A stretch of DNA of 64,000 nt from contig CANQXN010000001.1 in the NCBI GenBank assembly GCA_947627815.1, forward strand, positions 8,857 to 72,856. The letters run 5' to 3'. Position numbers and translations under genes: made by a program. This document shows, one piece after another, positions 25,981 through 36,403 of the stretch. This DNA comes from an uncultured Clostridia bacterium. Its GTDB lineage: Bacteria; Bacillota; Clostridia; Oscillospirales; CAG-272. Position 1 is the stretch's first letter; the number at the start of each line of letters is the position of its first letter. Under the pieces are notes generated by a model. It had not been told where the DNA came from. It worked only from the letters and a program-made list of their open reading frames with translations, and searched no databases.

Positions 25981-26898
25981 TCAGAGAAGGTGTTCTTTGG
26001 CAAAACGGAGAATTTTCTGCAAGCGATGATTGACGCCTGATTTGGTGAGCGGCGGCTCGTGCATCGCCGCGATTTCCGGCAAGGAACATTCGGGATGTTC
26101 CAGACGAATTTGCGCCGTGATTTGCAATTCCTTGGGGAGCAGTTGAATTTTTCCAGACTCCGCAAGCAAGCGGATCGCGCGCAGTTGATGCGCGGCGGCG
26201 GAGGTGGAACGGGCGATATTGAAGGTGTCGCAATTGACACGCCGGTTTTCTTCCCCGCGCAGTTTGCGGAAACGGCCGATATCCATCATTTGGAAGGAGG
26301 CGTTTTGCGCGCCGATAGCGAGAAGAAAATCTTCAATGTTTTCACTGTTTTTGAAATAAAGCGCCGGACTGTTGCGGCGGATAATTTGTTTGGGAGCAAG
26401 CCCGAGTTCGGTTAGAAGAGCGGCAAACATCGCGCGCACCTGTTCGCTTTTCAAGAGTAATTCCAGATGGTATCCCTTGCTGTCCGGCGAGGAGACGGTG
26501 CCGGAGGCGAGAAAGAGGCCGCGCAAAAGGCAAAAGCGGCAGGCCTCGCAGGTGAGAAAGGTCGTCATGTCGGTAAGGCAGGCATTTAATACCTCGACGC
26601 TTCTGTTTACCGTCTCGACAGGCGGCGCAAGAAGTTTGGCATAAGAGGAGCCACCGGGGCGTCCGACGGCCGAAGGCAACGCGCCTGTTTCTTCAAATTG
26701 CGGCGTCACCGATGTCATTTGCCTAAAAAGCCAGGAAAAAAGCGCCCGGATATTTTCGTTGTCGGTGGAAAAAACAAGGACGCGATTTTCCGGAACATAC
26801 TGCGCAAACAACATGCCCAACAAAAGAGCGCGCCGACAGCATCTTTTTTTTACGGTCAGTGTGCAAAGGGTATCTTTGACTTCCGAAGAAAAAGACAC
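25981..26898 (-). CDS. whiA: Sporulation/cell-division transcription regulator WhiA
   Basis: (V)SFSSEVKDTLC N-terminus, LAGLIDADG-like repeats and a C-terminal HTH (IAAMHEPPLTKSGVNHRLQKI). Start moved to GTG 26898 with GGAGGGA RBS. Confidence 0.88.
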   Translation of the reverse strand: MSFSSEVKDTLCTLTVKKRCCRRALLLGMLFAQYVPENRVLVFSTDNENIRALFSWLFRQMTSVTPQFEETGALPSAVGRPGGSSYAKLLAPPVETVNRSVEVLNACLTDMTTFLTCEACRFCLLRGLFLASGTVSSPDSKGYHLELLLKSEQVRAMFAALLTELGLAPKQIIRRNSPALYFKNSENIEDFLLAIGAQNASFQMMDIGRFRKLRGEENRRVNCDTFNIARSTSAAAHQLRAIRLLAESGKIQLLPKELQITAQIRLEHPECSLPEIAAMHEPPLTKSGVNHRLQKILRFAKEHLL

Positions 26899-26909
26899 GA
26901 GAATCCCTC

Positions 26910-27776
26910 CTATTTGGCAATATCCCGATGCATCGTCAGCGCGGTGCAATTTTCACAGCCGCCAAGATGCTTACAAAGCGCTTCCGCCATGGTGACAGAA
27001 CGGTGTTTTCCGCCGGTACAGCCGAACGCCACATTGAGCTGCGACCGACCGTCCCCGAGATAAAGCGGCAGAAGATACTCCACAAGATCACAGATCTTTT
27101 TAAAAAAGGTTTGTGATGTTTCAAAAGACATGACATAATCGGAAACTTCCTTGTCAAGTCCTGTTTTGTGTTTTAACTCATCGATATAAAAAGGATTGGG
27201 CAAACAGCGCACATCAAAGACGAGATCCGCTTCGTGCGGCAGCCCATACTTGAATCCAAACGAAAAACACTGAACCACGAGCTGCGGCGCGGTGTTGCCG
27301 TGAACAATGCGGTTCAACTGTTCACGGCAGGCGTTTTGCGATAAATGACTGGTATCGATGACATCGTCCGCCAAACGCTTGACTTCCGAGAGCATGAACT
27401 GTTCTTTCTGCAGTGCCTGAGAGAGCGTCATGGGATGAGAGAGCATCAGCGGATGCGTACGCCGCGTTTCTTTGTAGCGATTGATCAGAACTTCCGGCGA
27501 AGCGTCAAGGAACAGCAGATGGCAATGACCGTAGGATTTTTCACGAATCCCGTTGAGAATGGTGATCAACTCGTTAAAGTTATCGCAGCCCCGAACATCA
27601 ATGATCAAGGCAATCTTCTGGTTTTTTCCTTCTTGGTGGGAATATAGATCAATAAATTGAGAAAGGAGGCTGACGGGAATATTATCAATACAATAATAAC
27701 CAAAATCCTCAAGTACACTGCCGACAAAAGTCTTTCCCGCGCCGGACATACCGGTTACAATCATGATATCCATCAT
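26910..27776 (-). CDS. rapZ: RNase adapter / nucleotide-binding protein RapZ (YvcJ)
   Basis: IVTGMSGAGKT P-loop, FLDAS, FGFKYG.P..ADLVFDVR.LPNP, GCTGGKHRSV. Confidence 0.92.
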   Translation of the reverse strand: MMDIMIVTGMSGAGKTFVGSVLEDFGYYCIDNIPVSLLSQFIDLYSHQEGKNQKIALIIDVRGCDNFNELITILNGIREKSYGHCHLLFLDASPEVLINRYKETRRTHPLMLSHPMTLSQALQKEQFMLSEVKRLADDVIDTSHLSQNACREQLNRIVHGNTAPQLVVQCFSFGFKYGLPHEADLVFDVRCLPNPFYIDELKHKTGLDKEVSDYVMSFETSQTFFKKICDLVEYLLPLYLGDGRSQLNVAFGCTGGKHRSVTMAEALCKHLGGCENCTALTMHRDIAK

Positions 27777-27812
27777 AACACCATCCTTCTCCTTATAGAA
27801 ATTTCAAGCGTT

Positions 27813-28718
27813 TTATTTTTCGCTGACAAATTCGATTTCCCGTTGAAGCTGTATATGATACCGCCTGAAAATCCTCTCGATAATCTGCTCAGTCAAAGCG
27901 GCAACATCGGCGGCTGACGCCTGCCCGGTATTTACGATGAATCCCGCGTGCTTTTCCGATACGCAAGCGCCGTTGACCGCCAGGCCCTTCAGTCCCGCTT
28001 CATCGATCAGGCGAGCGGGTATCACACCGTCAGCACGACGGAATACGCTGCCCGCGCTTTTTTCGCCGACAGGCTGTGTTGCCTCTCTTTTTTTTCGATT
28101 GGTTTGCATCGTCTCTTGGATCAGCATGGGATCGCCCGGCAGAAGAGAAAGACGGCAGGAAAGTAAAATCCGGTTTGTCTTCTGATATACCGAATGCCGA
28201 TAGGAAAAATCATGCTCGATACAGCGGCCAATTTTGCCGTTTTCGTCAAGATACTCGGAAAAAACCACAATATCCTTCATTTCCCTGCCATAGGCGCCGG
28301 CGTTCATGCGCACCGCGCCCCCGACCGTTCCCGGAATACCGCAGGCAAATTCCAATCCGGTCAACGACTTTTTGGCGGCTTGAGCCGATAAGGCAATCAA
28401 GGAGGCGCCGGCCTCGGTCCACACTTCGTTTTGTTCCCATCGTATGGCACGCATACGGCGGGTGAGCAGAACGGCGCCGCGAAACCCGGCATCGGCAAAC
28501 ACTACATTGGAGCAGTTACCGAAAATCCGCGTGCGGATTCCATAAGCCCGCAGCAAGGCGAGCGCCTCGCTTAACGCTTCTGCGCTTTCCGGTTCGATCA
28601 AAAAATCTGCGGGGCCGCCGATCCCGAAAGTGGTATAAGGAGCCAGAGGAATGTTTTCGCGGACAGTCGCCGCGTTCCCTAACCGAGCGGTCAATTCGTC
28701 GCAAAGCTTCATAGGCAA
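27813..28718 (-). CDS. murB: UDP-N-acetylenolpyruvoylglucosamine reductase
   Basis: [45 protein letters not shown]. Confidence 0.92.
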   Translation of the reverse strand: MPMKLCDELTARLGNAATVRENIPLAPYTTFGIGGPADFLIEPESAEALSEALALLRAYGIRTRIFGNCSNVVFADAGFRGAVLLTRRMRAIRWEQNEVWTEAGASLIALSAQAAKKSLTGLEFACGIPGTVGGAVRMNAGAYGREMKDIVVFSEYLDENGKIGRCIEHDFSYRHSVYQKTNRILLSCRLSLLPGDPMLIQETMQTNRKKREATQPVGEKSAGSVFRRADGVIPARLIDEAGLKGLAVNGACVSEKHAGFIVNTGQASAADVAALTEQIIERIFRRYHIQLQREIEFVSEK

Positions 28719-29935
28719 ATAAAGCGGTGGAAACTCTTTTTACCCTTTTTCACCAATACATCCTTGCCGGCAAAGAGCGCCGCTTCTATTTTTTTGTCAA
28801 TTTCAAGGATTTTTTCGCCGTTTACCGTAATGCCCCCCTGCTGGATCAGGCGGCGCGCTTCGCCCTTGGAGGGCGCAAGACGGGATTTGACCAAAAGATC
28901 CACCACCGAAATACTGCCGTCGGTAAAGTCTTCCGCCGAAAGTTCGGTCGTGGGCATATCTTCGGTCACAGAACCGGCGGCAAAAACCGTGCGAGCGGCG
29001 GCCAAGGCTTTTTCCGCCTCTTCTTCCCCATGGATCAGTTTTGTCAGTTCATAAGCCAGGACTTCTTTGGCTTGATTGATCTCGCTCCCCTGAAGCGCGG
29101 CATATTTTTCGATTTCAGACAGCGGCAGGAAAGTGAGCATTTTCATGCATTTGATGACATCGGCGTCGTCAATATTGCGCCAATACTGGAAAAATTCGTA
29201 AGGCGGCGTTTTTTCGGGATCCAGCCAGACCGCGCCTTTTTCGGTTTTGCCCATTTTTTTGCCTTCGCTGTTCAAAAGCAGATTGAAGGTCAGACCGTAA
29301 ACCTCTTTCCCTTCTTTTCTGCGCACAAGCTGTACACCGCCCAAAATATTGGACCATTGATCATCGCCCCCCATTTCCAGAACGCAATGATAGTCTTTGA
29401 AAAGACGGTAGAAGTCATATCCCTGCATGAGCATGTAATTGAATTCCAAAAAGGTCAGGCCGTTTTCCATGCGGGATTTATAGCATTCCGCCGTAAGCAT
29501 TTTGTTGACCGAAAAATGTACGCCTACTTCCCGGAGAAAGTCAATGTAATTGAGCGAAAGAAGCCAATCGCCGTTATTGACAAAATAGGCTTTTTGGTCG
29601 CTGGTATCGATGAATTTTGCCATCTGCTTTTTAAAGCATTCGATGTTGTGGGCAATGGTTTCTTTGGTGAGCATTTTCCGCATATCGCTTTTGCCGGAAG
29701 GGTCGCCGATCATGCCGGTGCCGCCGCCAAAGAGCGCGATGGGCGTATGTCCTGCCATCTGCATATGCGCCATGATCTTCATCTGGATAAAATGGCCGAT
29801 ATGAAGACTGTCCGCAGTCGGGTCAAACCCGATATAAAAAACGGTTTTTTGGTTGTCGAGAAGATCTTTAACGGCCTCCTCATTGGTGCATTGCGCAATA
29901 AGACCGCGATCGATAAATTCCTGATACAATCCCAT
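28709..29935 (-). CDS. tyrS: Tyrosine--tRNA ligase
   Basis: [13 protein letters not shown] (HIGH motif), KMGKT (KMSKS motif) and a C-terminal S4 domain. Confidence 0.95.
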   Translation of the reverse strand: MGLYQEFIDRGLIAQCTNEEAVKDLLDNQKTVFYIGFDPTADSLHIGHFIQMKIMAHMQMAGHTPIALFGGGTGMIGDPSGKSDMRKMLTKETIAHNIECFKKQMAKFIDTSDQKAYFVNNGDWLLSLNYIDFLREVGVHFSVNKMLTAECYKSRMENGLTFLEFNYMLMQGYDFYRLFKDYHCVLEMGGDDQWSNILGGVQLVRRKEGKEVYGLTFNLLLNSEGKKMGKTEKGAVWLDPEKTPPYEFFQYWRNIDDADVIKCMKMLTFLPLSEIEKYAALQGSEINQAKEVLAYELTKLIHGEEEAEKALAAARTVFAAGSVTEDMPTTELSAEDFTDGSISVVDLLVKSRLAPSKGEARRLIQQGGITVNGEKILEIDKKIEAALFAGKDVLVKKGKKSFHRFICL

Positions 29936-30049
29936 GGGTCGATTCTCCTTTTGTTGCCTTTTCGTGATTGTTTTAAAATGTTTTAGACAGTATTTGCTTT
30001 CAGAAAATGGAACGATTTAACTATATTGTTCTGCATTATAGCTTTTATA

Positions 30050-31744
30050 TCATGCTTTTTTGCGCGAGGTTTCGAGAAGCTCCTTCGCCGTGTCTCTGAC
30101 TTTTTCGGTGATATTGATGCCGCCTATGATGCGCGACAATTCTTCTATCCTGCCGGATGTCGATAAAAGCTCGAGCGATGTTTGGACGCGCCCCTCTTTT
30201 TCTTCTTTTCGGATCAGATAATGGGTATCCGCCAGGGCGGCTATCTGCGCGGCGTGCGTAATGCAGATCACCTGTGCCGTTTCGGAAAGTTCATGCAATT
30301 TGAATCCGATTTTTTGCGAGGTTTTGCCCGAAACGCCGGTGTCGATCTCATCAAAAATCAGCGTACTGACGGATTCCGCGTTGGACAGCACGCATTGAAT
30401 GGCCAGCATGGTGCGGGACAGTTCCCCGCCCGACGCCACTTTGGTCAAGGGTTTCATGGGTTCGCCCGGATTGGTGGAAATGAAAAATTCAACCTTGTCA
30501 AAACCGTCCTGTCCAAGCGCCGGGCCATCGTTTACGAGCTGTTCTTCTACCGCGACCGAAAAGGAAACTTTGTTCATGTCAAGATACTGCAGTACGGCGC
30601 AGATGCTTTCCGACAGATTTTTTCCCGCCTCGCGCCGTTTATCATGGAGTTCTTTTGCCAGTAACAGCAATTTCTTTTTCTGCGTTTCCACGACCTTTTC
30701 ATATTGCTGTATCTTTTCGTCCATGGATTCGATCTCATTCAGAGAAGCCTTGGCTTTTTCGAGAAAGTCAAGCACTTGCGCAACGCTGTCGCCGTATTTC
30801 TTTTTGAGTTTTCGGATCTGATTCAGGCGCTCGTCGATTTCTTCCAATTCCTGTTCGGGAGAGGCGGAAGAAGAAGGCAGATAGGCCCCGATCTGTTTGG
30901 CGGTATTTTCTAATTCCGCCGCGATGTCAGCCAGACGGTCGGCGAGCGGCGCACATTCCGGCAGGATGGCCGAAAGCTGTACGACGGCGTCTTGCGCATA
31001 TTCCACAAGTTGCACGGCCGGCGTCCCCTTGCTGTTTTTGTATAGCGCCCGGTAAGCTGAAATAATATGTTTGCTCAACAGTTTGGCGTTTTTCAAAAGT
31101 GTTTTTCTTGAAAGCAGCTCTTCCTCTTCCCCTACGGTCAGATTGGCGCTTTCGATATCACTGATCTGATAGGTGAGAAGGTCACGCATACGCTCCTTGT
31201 TTTGTTCGCTTTCCGAGAAACGGCGCAGCGAAAGGAGCGCATCTTTATAGAGCGCGTATTCTTTTTGATACTTTTCCAGAAGTTCCTGTGTCGCGGCAAA
31301 TCGGTCAAGATAACCGATATGATTGGCCGGATTCTGAATTATCTGGCTGTCATGCTGACCGTGAATATTGATAAGCCCCATGCAACAGGCGCGCCCCACG
31401 CCGTTGCTCACGGCGCGGCCGTTAATCCGTGTGGTAACTTTGCCGTCATCGGTGATCGTTTTGGCAATTTCAATGGCGCCGTCATCGGGAGCAATGCCAT
31501 AGGTTGCAAGAAGCGTGATAGCGTCCGGCGATATATCCGTGAAAAATCCCGAAACAAGCGCTCGGTTTTCGCCGGTTCGCACAAGGTCGCGCTGCGCTTT
31601 CCCGCCCAAGAGAAACGCAATGGAGTCAATCAGAATCGATTTTCCCGCGCCGGTTTCACCGGTCAGCACGGTAAAGCCTTTTGAAAAATCGGCATCCAGT
31701 CGCTTGATCACAGCGATATTTTCAATATGCAGCGATTTCAGCAT
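30050..31744 (-). CDS. recN: DNA repair protein RecN
   Basis: LTGETGAGKSILIDS Walker A, a long coiled coil, SGGELSR signature and LIFDEIDTG Walker B. Confidence 0.95.
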   Translation of the reverse strand: MLKSLHIENIAVIKRLDADFSKGFTVLTGETGAGKSILIDSIAFLLGGKAQRDLVRTGENRALVSGFFTDISPDAITLLATYGIAPDDGAIEIAKTITDDGKVTTRINGRAVSNGVGRACCMGLINIHGQHDSQIIQNPANHIGYLDRFAATQELLEKYQKEYALYKDALLSLRRFSESEQNKERMRDLLTYQISDIESANLTVGEEEELLSRKTLLKNAKLLSKHIISAYRALYKNSKGTPAVQLVEYAQDAVVQLSAILPECAPLADRLADIAAELENTAKQIGAYLPSSSASPEQELEEIDERLNQIRKLKKKYGDSVAQVLDFLEKAKASLNEIESMDEKIQQYEKVVETQKKKLLLLAKELHDKRREAGKNLSESICAVLQYLDMNKVSFSVAVEEQLVNDGPALGQDGFDKVEFFISTNPGEPMKPLTKVASGGELSRTMLAIQCVLSNAESVSTLIFDEIDTGVSGKTSQKIGFKLHELSETAQVICITHAAQIAALADTHYLIRKEEKEGRVQTSLELLSTSGRIEELSRIIGGINITEKVRDTAKELLETSRKKA

Positions 31745-31778
31745 GTGACGGTCCTTTCTTTTCTCTCTTTACGCCAAG

Positions 31779-32231
31779 TCAATAGCGGAGCATTCCGCTG
31801 AGTTTCTGTTGCATTTCCGATGCTTCCTGCTCGGTGTGAAGTACGGCAATAATGGTATCATCGCCGGCGATGCTGCCGAGAATCTCATTCTGACAGATCG
31901 TATCGATGGCGGCGGCGGCCGCGTTTGCCATGCCTGGATAGGTCTTGATCACCATCAGATTTCCGGCATATTGCACGGAAACGACCGTTTCAGACAGGAT
32001 CGTGCGATACTTCGCGCCGCTGTCTGCGGGATCGGAGGTTTTGACCGAATATTTGTATCGATCGCCATCGAAGGAGATTTTTACAATTTTCAGTTCCTTG
32101 ATGTCCCGTGAAACCGTAGATTGCGTGACGGCAAATCCACGACGGACGAGTTCCGCTGTCAATTCTTCCTGCGTTTCAATGTTCATTTGCGAAATAATGG
32201 CAATAATAGCGTTTTGTCTTTCTTTTTTCAT
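31779..32231 (-). CDS. argR: Arginine repressor
   Basis: TQEELTAELVRRGFAVTQSTVSRDIKEL winged HTH; C-terminal GTIAGDDT-like motif (GSIAGDDT). Confidence 0.92.
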   Translation of the reverse strand: MKKERQNAIIAIISQMNIETQEELTAELVRRGFAVTQSTVSRDIKELKIVKISFDGDRYKYSVKTSDPADSGAKYRTILSETVVSVQYAGNLMVIKTYPGMANAAAAAIDTICQNEILGSIAGDDTIIAVLHTEQEASEMQQKLSGMLRY

Positions 32232-32301
32232 GTTAAATCCTTACAAGCGGTAACTGTAGTACCGATATTTGAATCCGCCGGCCATCGGCCGGTATGACCA
32301 A

Positions 32302-33150
32302 TCAAAGATCAGACATTTTGCGATAGAGAATCCGCCCGAAACTACCGGGCGTGGCGATCAGAGAAAGCGGCGTGGGTGAGATGCGGATGACGGTTCGGTC
32401 TTCCTGCGTGAGAAGCGTTGTTTCGTCCCCGTCTAAAGTTAGGCAGGCGTTGGGGCTATGGGAAGTCATTGTGATCACATGATCCTTGTCAAAAACGATG
32501 GGGCGCGCTTTTAATGAATGCGCGCAAATCGGGATTGCTTCCATGACCGAAAGCGAGGGATCCAACACCACGCCGCCGGCCGACATGGCGTAAGCGGTGG
32601 AGCCGGTAGCGGTGGAAACGATCATGCCGTCTCCGCGATAGCCGCAGATGAGATCGGAATCACAATAAAGCGATGTTTCAATGACCCCGTGTCCCGTGTT
32701 TTTGGTAATGACCGCGTCGTTAACCACAAGCCGATCTTCAAAAACCGGAGTGGCGTTCCGATAAAGCGAAACCGAGAGGAGCGCGCGTTTTTGTATTGGG
32801 CTTTCCGTCTGCAATAGCGGCACAATCTGATCCAGCTCCTGCCGTTCCAACTGCGCGATATAGCCGAGCCGCCCCGTGTTGACCGCCAATATGGGAATAC
32901 CGTGGAGAGCGGCGACAGAAGCCGCCCTTAAAATGGTGCCGTCTCCGCCGATCACCAGCATGGCATCGGCGTTTTGATATAACGCCTCCGCTGTTTTTGG
33001 CACAATACGCGGATCAATCATGCGCGGATCGGGCGTTGCCATCCGCGCGGTAACACAAAATCCGGCGGACAAAAGCAGTTCGGCGGCTTTCGCTGTTACC
33101 GCAAGTCCGGGATCGCGGTCGGCATTATAATGTAAAACAACAGTTTTCAT
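32302..33150 (-). CDS. nadK: NAD(+) kinase
   Basis: GGDGTILRAA, NTGRLGYI, TGSTAY. Confidence 0.92.
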   Translation of the reverse strand: MKTVVLHYNADRDPGLAVTAKAAELLLSAGFCVTARMATPDPRMIDPRIVPKTAEALYQNADAMLVIGGDGTILRAASVAALHGIPILAVNTGRLGYIAQLERQELDQIVPLLQTESPIQKRALLSVSLYRNATPVFEDRLVVNDAVITKNTGHGVIETSLYCDSDLICGYRGDGMIVSTATGSTAYAMSAGGVVLDPSLSVMEAIPICAHSLKARPIVFDKDHVITMTSHSPNACLTLDGDETTLLTQEDRTVIRISPTPLSLIATPGSFGRILYRKMSDL

Positions 33151-33207
33151 AAACCCTCCTCGGTATAGCCCGCGTTTGAAAAGTAGCGGTCGCCACGGAT
33201 CGGCTGC

Positions 33208-33936
33208 CTATCTTCCCTTCCGGAACAACGCCAGATATTCGATATTGCCGTCACCGCCCCGGATGACCGATTCCATGAGGCCGCACGCAGAGAATCCGCA
33301 AGATGCGGCAGAGGCCAACACCCCATCCACAGAGGAACGCCGGAGCGAATCGTTTTTGACGATGCCGCCTTTCCCGATGCCGCTTTTCCCCACTTCAAAC
33401 TGCGGTTTTATCAGCGAAATAAAGAATCCGCCCTCCTTCAGTAAAGAAGCGACGACCGGGTGAAGGAGTTTTTGAGAAATAAACGAGACATCCATGACGG
33501 CAAGATCGCAAAGTTCGCCGATCTGTTCTCGGGTCAGATATCGGGCATTGGTGTTTTCCATAGAAATGACAGCGGGATTTTCTCGCAATTTGTGGTGCAA
33601 TTGATCGTGTCCGGCATCCAGCGCATAGATTTTTTTTGCGCCGTATTGTAAAAGACAGTCGGTAAATCCGCCGGTAGAGGCGCCGAAATCGATGGCGGTC
33701 ATGCCGACCGGGGAAAAATCGAAAAAGAGGAGCGCGGCTTCTAACTTTTCGCCGCCGCGACTGACAAAACGCGGCGCATCGCCTTTCAGTGTCAGAACCG
33801 AAGTTTCTTTAAGATCGGCGGAAGGCTTTTCTATCGGGCGCCCATCGCATAAGACAATGCCGCGGTCGATGAGCGCGGCCGCCTGTGTCCTGCTGGTCGC
33901 CAGTCCTTTTTGAAAAAGAAGTTTATCGGCACGCAT
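33208..33936 (-). CDS. tlyA: TlyA-family rRNA (cytidine-2'-O)-methyltransferase
   Basis: N-terminal S4 domain (RADKLL..KGL..SR..A). FtsJ-like domain with DFGASTGGFTDCLL and MDVSFIS. Confidence 0.9.
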   Translation of the reverse strand: MRADKLLFQKGLATSRTQAAALIDRGIVLCDGRPIEKPSADLKETSVLTLKGDAPRFVSRGGEKLEAALLFFDFSPVGMTAIDFGASTGGFTDCLLQYGAKKIYALDAGHDQLHHKLRENPAVISMENTNARYLTREQIGELCDLAVMDVSFISQKLLHPVVASLLKEGGFFISLIKPQFEVGKSGIGKGGIVKNDSLRRSSVDGVLASAASCGFSACGLMESVIRGGDGNIEYLALFRKGR

Positions 33937-33988
33937 AGAGCGCTTTCCTCTCTGATCTTTTTTGCAACAGTTTGCGGCGTCATCTTTC

Positions 33989-34903
33989 TTATTTGGTGCG
34001 CAGGAGCAAATATCTTGCCAAACAAGTTAGCTGATCGTTCCCCTCAAACGGCAGAATCGCGCGCATGGCTTCTACCGTTTGGCAAACGGCGAAATCAAAC
34101 GCGTCGCCGGGAGACATAAACCGAAGAAAAGTGAGTTTATCGTTGGCTTCATCGCTGGCGCTTTTCCCGGTGTCGGCTTCGCTTTCGGTATAATCGAGAA
34201 GATCGTCGATGATCTGAAATGCCAGACCAACGGCATCGGCGTAAGCGGTCGCGGCCGCGACCGCCTGCGCGTCATCATATTTTCCCGCCGCGAGTACGCC
34301 GAGCAATGCCGCGCAGCGGATCATGGCGCCGGTTTTTAACCGGTGCGTTTTCAAAAGCCACTCGAACGCCGGCGTCGGCTGTTTTTCCGCAAGGTCCATT
34401 TCTTGTCCTGCCACCATGCCAAGAGGTCCCGCAGCCTGTGCTAAGAGTATGACGGCGCGGTTATTATCCGATGCCGTTGCATAGGGATTGGAAGCGGCCA
34501 GCTCGAAAGCATAGGTCAAAAGACCGTCTCCCGCCAAAACGGCGCGCGCTTCGCCAAACTGTTTGTGGCAGGAAGGGCGTCCACGGCGAAGGTCGTCGTC
34601 ATCCATACAAGGCAGATCGTCATGAATCAAAGAATAGGTATGAATGCATTCGAGCGCCGCGGCGTAAGGGAGCACCTTTTCTTCCGATCCGCCGAAGAGC
34701 CGGCAAAAGAGTTGCGCCAGCGCCGGACGGATGCGCTTTCCGCCGCCCTGTACCGAATAACGCATGGCGTCCCAAAGCGGGAGAATATCGGGATCCTGAC
34801 AAGAGAGAGCTTTTGCCAGGACCTGATCGGTTTTTTCGGCCATTGTTTCAAGCACTTTCTGAATCTCCATAGGGTTCCTTCTTTTGGCAAACAATGCCGT
34901 CAT
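33989..34903 (-). CDS. ispA: Polyprenyl (farnesyl/geranylgeranyl) diphosphate synthase
   Basis: First DDxxD motif as LIHDDLPCMDDDDLRRG; second as FQIIDDLLD. ATGA overlap with xseB; ATG 34870 (MEIQK, GAAGGAA RBS) is an alternative start. Confidence 0.9.
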   Translation of the reverse strand: MTALFAKRRNPMEIQKVLETMAEKTDQVLAKALSCQDPDILPLWDAMRYSVQGGGKRIRPALAQLFCRLFGGSEEKVLPYAAALECIHTYSLIHDDLPCMDDDDLRRGRPSCHKQFGEARAVLAGDGLLTYAFELAASNPYATASDNNRAVILLAQAAGPLGMVAGQEMDLAEKQPTPAFEWLLKTHRLKTGAMIRCAALLGVLAAGKYDDAQAVAAATAYADAVGLAFQIIDDLLDYTESEADTGKSASDEANDKLTFLRFMSPGDAFDFAVCQTVEAMRAILPFEGNDQLTCLARYLLLRTK

Positions 34904-35163
34904 TCATTGCTTTCGTTTTTTTCGCCGTTTTGGGGAAAAGGCGTTTCGCTTACCGTTCCGTCCGGATTTTTCGTAAGCAGGCGGATTTTGCTTTCCGCCG
35001 TATCCAGTTTTTCATTGCAGAACTTGACTAGGCGTACCCCTTCTTCAAAGAGCGAAAGCGATTCATCCAAGGGTGCCGAACCATTTTCCAGCGAACGGAC
35101 AATCTGCTCCAACCGGGCAATGGCGTTTTCAAAGTTCATTTCTTTTTCCTTTTCGCTTCCCAT
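34900..35163 (-). CDS. xseB: Exodeoxyribonuclease VII small subunit
   Basis: NFENAIARLEQIVRSLENGSAPLDESLSLFEEGVRLVKFCNEKL. Start is ATG 35163 or ATG 35139. Confidence 0.88.
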   Translation of the reverse strand: MGSEKEKEMNFENAIARLEQIVRSLENGSAPLDESLSLFEEGVRLVKFCNEKLDTAESKIRLLTKNPDGTVSETPFPQNGEKNESNE

Positions 35164-35170
35164 GCGTTCC

Positions 35171-36403
35171 TCATTTCTCAGCCGGCACCGGCTTGTTTTT
35201 TTCTTTGTTTTCCACGCGGGCGCCGATCTTGCCGTCACCTGTGGTAAGGGTCAGATATTCCCCTTGGGAAACATCCTCCACACTTTTGACAAGCTTTCCC
35301 TTTTCGGAAAAGACCGCCGCATAGCCGCGAAGAAGCACCGAAAGCGGGTTGAGGGCTTCCAATTTGGAGGCGATTTTCTCCCATGCCGTCCGTTTTGTCA
35401 AAAGCAGTGTGCGCGCGGCGTTTTCAAATTGCGCCGTATCCATGATGAGTCTGGTTTTCTTTTCATCCAGAATGTAGATCGGCTCGCGCATGACTTTGCT
35501 GTCCGATAGAAAGGTCAGCGCTTTTCTTTTCAGCGCAAGGGAGGAGGCGGTCAGCGTCTGCATTCTGCCGATGATGTTCAAAATTTTCCGTTTTAATTCC
35601 TGCGTTTCCGGCACGGCAAGTTCGGCGGCCGCCGACGGCGTCGGCGCGCGGCGGTCGGCGACAAAATCGCAAATAGTAAAATCTGTTTCATGACCGACGG
35701 CCGAAATCACGGGAATCCGTGAGGCGGCAACAGCGCGTGCCAACGCTTCGTTGTTAAACGCCCATAAATCTTCAATCGAGCCGCCGCCCCGCCCTAAAAT
35801 GATGACATCGACGGAATTGCCGGTATTGAAATAGGTCAGCCCTTCTATGAGCTGGGCGGGAGCGCCGTCTCCCTGAACCAAGGAAGGATAGAGATAAATC
35901 GTGGCGTAGGCAAAACGGCGGGTAATGATATTGATGATATCGCGAATGGCAGCGCCTGTCGGCGATGTGATGACCCCGATGCGGGTCGGGATTTTGGGCA
36001 GCGGCTTTTTGCGCGCCGGATCGCACAGCCCTTCGGCCTGTAATTTCCGTTTTAACTGTTCAAAAGCGATATACAATGCGCCGATGCCGTCAGGCTCCAT
36101 GCTGTCGGCATAGAAATTATAGATGCCGTCGCGCAAATATCCGCTGACGCGTCCGTGCAGAATCACTTTCATGCCGTTTTCCGGCACAAACTTCAGTTTG
36201 GCCGCCGATGACGCGAACATCAAAGCGCGGATCAGCGAATTTTCATCCTTGACGGTGAAGTACAGATGTCCGGTTTTATGGTGGACAAAATTGGAGATTT
36301 CGCCTTTCAGATACAAAGAAGACAAAAAACGGTCGGAATCGATTTTACTTTTAATGTATTCGTTCAGCGCCGACACCGTGAGAATGACTTTTTCATCAGC
36401 CAT
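35171..36403 (-). CDS. xseA: Exodeoxyribonuclease VII large subunit
   Basis: LTVSALNEYIK...LKGEISNF..H.TGHLYFTVKD OB-fold N-terminus; RGGGS.EDLWAFN; SAVGHETD. Confidence 0.93.
   Translation of the reverse strand: MADEKVILTVSALNEYIKSKIDSDRFLSSLYLKGEISNFVHHKTGHLYFTVKDENSLIRALMFASSAAKLKFVPENGMKVILHGRVSGYLRDGIYNFYADSMEPDGIGALYIAFEQLKRKLQAEGLCDPARKKPLPKIPTRIGVITSPTGAAIRDIINIITRRFAYATIYLYPSLVQGDGAPAQLIEGLTYFNTGNSVDVIILGRGGGSIEDLWAFNNEALARAVAASRIPVISAVGHETDFTICDFVADRRAPTPSAAAELAVPETQELKRKILNIIGRMQTLTASSLALKRKALTFLSDSKVMREPIYILDEKKTRLIMDTAQFENAARTLLLTKRTAWEKIASKLEALNPLSVLLRGYAAVFSEKGKLVKSVEDVSQGEYLTLTTGDGKIGARVENKEKNKPVPAEK

Noticed and set aside
28727-29986. A 419-aa ORF on the plus strand, fully antisense to tyrS.
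   Set aside because: Its composition (runs of F, G, H, R, K such as FFGF) and lack of an RBS are typical of a shadow ORF opposite a strongly codon-biased gene. tyrS on the minus strand has unambiguous HIGH/KMSKS motifs.
29936-30049. Possible tyrosine T-box leader upstream of tyrS.
   Set aside because: Only ~114 nt separate tyrS from recN. No T-box sequence (AGGGTGGNACCGCG-like), specifier loop or terminator is visible.
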